Shown here: positions 59,436 through 64,000 of the stretch, one piece after another
How the letters are laid out: every line of letters starts with the position of its first letter
Numbering within the stretch: position 1 is the first letter of the stretch
From: Vezdaea acicularis
Taxonomy: Eukaryota
Direction of reading: 5' to 3'
Assembly: GCA_026025075.1 (NCBI GenBank)
Contig: JAPEUI010000013.1
Span: forward strand, 1 to 64,000
DNA: 64,000 nt
Translations under genes and position numbers: made by a program
Notes under the pieces: model-generated
What the model saw: only the letters and a program-made list of their open reading frames with translations
Told to the model about the DNA's origin: nothing
Database searches by the model: none

Positions 59436-60302
59436 CTAATCCATGCTCCCTACCTTCAGCTCTGGATCTTCCCAAAGCATGCCTGGCGTCTCAGTTGAAC
59501 AACATCCTTGGGAGACATACGTCGAGTTGCAGGCACAAGCCAGACCAAGAGAATCTCGCTTTCCTCCCCACCAATTGGCAGATTCTGCCATGATCGAGGC
59601 AGATATCCGTGGAAGATCGTTTTCCGCGCGACACCTTCCATTCTTACAGTGCCCTCGGCGACAATAATTTGGTACACAAATGGCCGCATCGCAGCCCGGC
59701 AGTACCTTCGAGTCTTCGCAGTCAGCATGCCCGCGACAACCTCTTTGCAAACAGAGGCTCTCATACGCGAAGAGGTCCCCCTCATGGAATTCCTCCTCTT
59801 CCGAGTTCTTAACATCTTTCGTCGTTATATCATCCGTCAAGCTCCAACTGCCGTAGTTCTTTTTCCTTCCCCAATCCTCCTCATATATACTCTCATCGAC
59901 CTCCGGCTTAGGCTGAGTCTCATCTTCTCCGTCCTTCGCACAGCTGCAGTGTGTTTCGCAGAAGTCAACGAGCCTTTGACTCTGACCCGGACCCCAAGCG
60001 AGCGGCTCCTTACAGAAGACCTCGTCGATGAAGGGAACGAAGCTACACTTGCAATCCATATCCCACGGCATGACATGCCTCAGTAGGGGCGACTTCTCAA
60101 GGATACCGACGCAAAGCGAATCGACGCTGTGATAGCGCAGCCACGGAAAGTCCCCTCGCCTCAGAAACGACGCTGCAGGCCAGGCTGAAGGATCCGTTGG
60201 TATCTTCCCTCGGCATTTCGGTTCTCTCCCAGCGTCTACTACGTTCAGAAGGAGGCCAAAAGGTGCCGCGGCCGTCCAAAGAAGCGTTCTGGTGATGAGC
60301 AT
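59436..60302 (-). CDS. Secreted cysteine-rich protein, 8-Cys family paralogue E (288 aa), full three-module form
   Basis: Signal peptide (MLITRTLLWTAAAPFGLLLNVVDA), PKC..IP..AWP..YHSVDSLC..CKC..C..W..LVDFCETHCSC, a second Cys module, and KR followed by CACNSTYVSQGCC..GMLWEDPELKVG. Confidence 0.8.
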   Translation of the reverse strand: MLITRTLLWTAAAPFGLLLNVVDAGREPKCRGKIPTDPSAWPAASFLRRGDFPWLRYHSVDSLCVGILEKSPLLRHVMPWDMDCKCSFVPFIDEVFCKEPLAWGPGQSQRLVDFCETHCSCAKDGEDETQPKPEVDESIYEEDWGRKKNYGSWSLTDDITTKDVKNSEEEEFHEGDLFAYESLCLQRGCRGHADCEDSKVLPGCDAAICVPNYCRRGHCKNGRCRAENDLPRISASIMAESANWWGGKRDSLGLACACNSTYVSQGCCSTETPGMLWEDPELKVGSMD

Positions 60303-63248
60303 CTTCACGTCTCTTTATCACGCCCACCGATATTTCTTAGCCCCGCCTGGCGTCGTCCTTCGTGTCTCGTCCGTACCGTGGCTGAAGTGGTAGGAATCGT
60401 CATGGGTGTGGAGGATCCGTGGATTGCTTCCACGCGCGGCCTTCTGGAATATAAGCAGCGGAACGCCCTCATCAGGAAGCACCCCGGTACCGGCATCATA
60501 GCGGCCACGGTGCCTTACAGAGGTCTGAAACCTCTGCATGCATTTGCCACGTGCTCGCGTATTCTGCACTGCAGATACTTCGTATAGATCCGAACGCGGT
60601 AATTTTGTCGTCCGACGGCTTTTTTATCACGCAGGCGAGATGACGAGGAGAGAATGTCTCAGCGAGGTGGAGAACTTTTTGTTGGGTGCATATGAACATG
60701 CCACTTGGGACGGAGCAGAGGTTGAAGATCCAGCTCGGGACGCTCTATGGCCGGGCTGATCACATCGCTCGTTCGCTCGGCGGATTCGTCGTGTACGGCC
60801 GTGAGGCTCGGGGTGCGTACTCAACGCCGTTGGTCAGTTCACGAAAGACTAGGCGGTCCTAGCTTCTCTCTAGTCCAGAGGGGCGTGCCGACCTCTAGCA
60901 TAGGAGCAGACTGTCTAGTAGTGCATCATTGGTGCTGCCTATCATGAAGCCGCTACACCGCACCCTATCTCCCTCTTGCCACGTCTTCTCGGAATGAAAG
61001 GTCCTTCCTTTGCGATCCATGGCCGGGGGCAGCATTGACCAATCCCAGGACCAAAAACTCCCCCGACGTCCCTGGCTTCTAGCGTTCCGAGCGCTAGGTC
61101 AGGATAGGAGCACTGAACCTCTGATGTGCTGAAGAGCACGAGAGGTCTCCCAAAGTATTTGATACCGCATCTTTGGACCTATGAGTGCGTTCCCGTGAAG
61201 AACGCCATCCCGTCCAGGCAATATCGCACCCCTCACCCCTTGTGGAAACCTTTTTCGAATCCAACTAGGATATCTGTGCTTAGTTTTAAGCGCGGCCCTA
61301 CTTTTCGAATATGGGAGGTCCCCCATAGCACGTTATGAAATATCCTAATCGTACTGGACTTCGTTGCAGCAATACAGAAGCCGGGGGGTGCCTTGTGTGA
61401 GAGCTCGCTAGGCCGTATGCAACCCTAAAGTTGGCGCCGTGCGTGCTTTCAAAGCTTTTTGGCAAAGACGCCAGGGAATTATCTACCGCTCGTTCTCCAA
61501 TACACTACACGCACAGAACAACCCTGGTCGAAGCGATCACGCAAAAAACCGTACCCCGGATATAGCGATATTTTTCACCACATGGATTCTATTCTAATAC
61601 TAGGAATGTTACTACGACATAATTCTATTATTACCGAATTCTGATGCGACACTAGGGATAGAAAGTATCGTTATAACTAGGACTATACTGTTTATAGTTT
61701 GGCCTCATGTCACAGGTGTAATAATCTTCGTCGGCGGATGCCTATGATTATGATGGCGTTGGCGAAAATAATGGAACAGTTCGACGAAGCTCACGGATCG
61801 CTCAACAATAGACTTTTATTGATAGTTTTAAATATTCATATAAAAAATACCTGTGTTATTCTGTTATCTTTGACAGAGCGACCACTGAATACGGCGGCAC
61901 AAAACTCATTAAGCAGCGGTCGCTTTGCCGACAATCCTATCTTTTATGTAAATGGATCCAGGCATGCTTCGCCATCATGTGCGATCATTCCTACCGCTTG
62001 CAAAGCAAATCTGAGCCGGTAATTGACTAGACACTTGGGGTGTTAGTAACATGAGGGTTGCTGTACTAGGGCTACTGTAGTGCCGTGTTCTTGGACCCGC
62101 GGGAAGCGGTAGACGAAAATTGATGGCGCATAAGCGATCGTTCTCCCAAAATAAAATGCCATGAGCTTGAAGGCACAGGACGTCCCCACGAAGCCGCATG
62201 CATGGCCCAGAGCTCAATGCGCCAAATAGAGCAAAAGCGCAGCACTCCCGAGCTCGTATCAAGAAGAGCTGTTGTGAGATTGTCGAATGGTCTTGGAATT
62301 GCTGAAAGAGACACATGCCCAGAGTAAGAATGCCGCTTATGCGCCATCAATATTGTCTACCGCTCTGACGCCAACCTAGATTTCCATAGAGGCAAGGTTC
62401 TCTCGATCAACATATCATCAATTCAATCACCTTACCTCACAGCTTTGCCCACTGACTTCTCGTATGACAGTGAATTTACTTCTTAATTTGTTCTCTATGA
62501 AGCATCTGTCGGTCAACCTACCTAAACTCAGTCTAAGCGTGCCCCCTAAACGCACTAGATCAAGATAACCGGTCGAAGTAGAGAAATTCTCCCAGAGCCA
62601 ACCTAAGCAGAGGACATGGCAGTCCAAAGTCTAGGCCAAGCAAGACTTGCTATGCAATAATTCGTCTCCACATATACGGATTAGTCCAGAGCCGATAAGA
62701 GATATTTGGACCAATTGGAACCTCTTCCCGTCCCGTCAATATGCATCATTACTTCAAATGCGTCGTACAACCTTACGCGCCGATTTTGAAGCACTCCAGA
62801 CTGGCTCTTTAGTATTATGATTATAATTCACATCTAATTTTTAAAGCATATGGAGGAGACGAGATGTTGTTAAGAAGCTCTTTCGTACGTTGTGCATCGT
62901 GATCCGATTTCGAGTCTATGATGTTTTGAAGAGGTTTGGGAGCCGCAATTCATAGCACGCCGATCTCCTGGATGTCAAGACAGGACAAAGCGGGGTCCGC
63001 GACAAGGCGGACGAGATGTCCAGTCAGTGGAGAGTGTGCTTGGGCTTGCAGGTTCAGGGAAGTGCCCCTCATTTGGAACAAGGCCAAATTCATGCTCGCC
63101 CACCAATCATGTGCAAGCTTCAAAGAATTGGACAAGGCATCTTCTGAAGCTATACTACTTCCAGACTTATTTTCATGACAAGCAAAGTAAATCACCAACT
63201 AGTGACACAGCTGACGTCGCCCTTTACTCCTTGCAAACGAAAATTACG

Positions 63249-64000
63249 ATGGCAGGAAATGCTAGATTTAACAGAGGAATGGCGGAGATCCGAGATACCG
63301 TGCTCGCTACCCAGCATCGCGCTAATCGTCTTGCTACTCGAGATTATGTTGAAGAGTTCAAAGAGGAGACTAAACGATTGTTCAGTAGTGTTCAAGATAG
63401 TATTGAACTTTCCGCCGAGGGATTCGAAGAGCTCACTCAAGCTTGTACTGCCGTCGGAGGCCGTTTAAATACGCTTGAAGAACGCTTAGGCCCTCAAGGT
63501 CAGCTTCTCAGAGCCATCGATGAGAAGTTTGACAGGTTCAGACAGAGTCTGAACACCGCAACTGATGGATTTGGTGCCCTCAACAGACATGTCGGCACCA
63601 CTATGCAGGAGTTCCAAGGGCGCCTTGTAGAGCATTCACGTACCGTCGAACGGCAATTGAACTCGCTGGGAGGGCGGTTCACTGTCATTGAAAATCGTCT
63701 AGATGAAATTGGCGTAGAGCAAACCAGGCTAGGCAATCACTTAAGAGCTATTGAAGGAAGCCTAGATGAGCGCCTAGATAGGCGCCTAGATGAACGCCTA
63801 GAAGTCTTATACCAAAGGCTTGACGGACGTCTGAACGTTTTGGAGCTTCGCTTTGATCAACGTTTTGACGGCTTTGATCAACGTTTTAACGGCTTTAATC
63901 AACGTCTTGTCGGCCTTGATGAACGTTTTAACGGCCTTGATCAACTTTTGAACAATTTTGAACAGCATCTTGGCGAACAACACCGCCAAGTATTTGCAGA
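63249..64000 (+). CDS. Coiled-coil/heptad-repeat hypothetical protein, truncated by the window end (start may lie upstream)
   Basis: The frame is open from ~62922 to the window end and is absent from the ORF track because it has no stop. ATG 63249 gives MAGNARFNRGMAEIRD...LDERLDRRLDERL...FDQRFDGFDQRFNGFNQRLVGLDERFNGLDQ. Confidence 0.7.
   Translation, partial: MAGNARFNRGMAEIRDTVLATQHRANRLATRDYVEEFKEETKRLFSSVQDSIELSAEGFEELTQACTAVGGRLNTLEERLGPQGQLLRAIDEKFDRFRQSLNTATDGFGALNRHVGTTMQEFQGRLVEHSRTVERQLNSLGGRFTVIENRLDEIGVEQTRLGNHLRAIEGSLDERLDRRLDERLEVLYQRLDGRLNVLELRFDQRFDGFDQRFNGFNQRLVGLDERFNGLDQLLNNFEQHLGEQHRQVFA
63762..63945 (+). repeat. 12-bp (GCCTAGAT-N4) and 21-bp (CTTTGATCAACGTTTTRACGG) coding tandem repeats
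   Basis: Directly visible. They encode LDxR and F/L-D-Q-R-F-N/D-G heptads. Confidence 0.85.

Noticed and set aside
1..64000. Starship, autonomous transposon, secondary-metabolite cluster, tRNA or rRNA genes
   Set aside because: I recognised no tyrosine recombinase, transposase, reverse transcriptase, PKS/NRPS or cloverleaf. Small ncRNAs cannot be excluded without a covariance-model search.

Overview
This window is eukaryotic nuclear DNA from a filamentous ascomycete (Pezizomycotina), judged from short GT-AG introns with CTRAC-type branch sites and the gene set. It is not prokaryotic: I see no CRISPR array, rRNA or tRNA. It holds about 22 protein-coding genes. The conserved backbone is a kelch-like single-pass membrane protein, CLF1, PRP31, a DUF4202 protein, a fungal AAA+ ATPase, an EI24/RRT8-like protein, VPS9, an ASNSD1-like protein, MED19, ERCC1/RAD10, a Cu-only SOD5-like protein, a Zn(II)2Cys6 transcription factor and a ~2,200 aa low-complexity protein. 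Accessory features are: (i) five divergent paralogues of a secreted 8-cysteine protein family, four clustered at 13-17 kb and one at 59.4-60.3 kb, two carrying a KR-delimited C-terminal cysteine module; (ii) a 370-bp non-autonomous element with CAC...GTG ends and a 5-bp target duplication (Transib-like signature); (iii) two inverted ~82-bp TA-flanked Tc1/mariner-type mini-elements; (iv) a four-exon orphan gene only partly visible in the ORF track, with a 19-bp minisatellite inside a long intron; (v) a heptad-repeat ORF running off the right end. Splice models were built by hand and family assignments come from motif recognition, not database searches.
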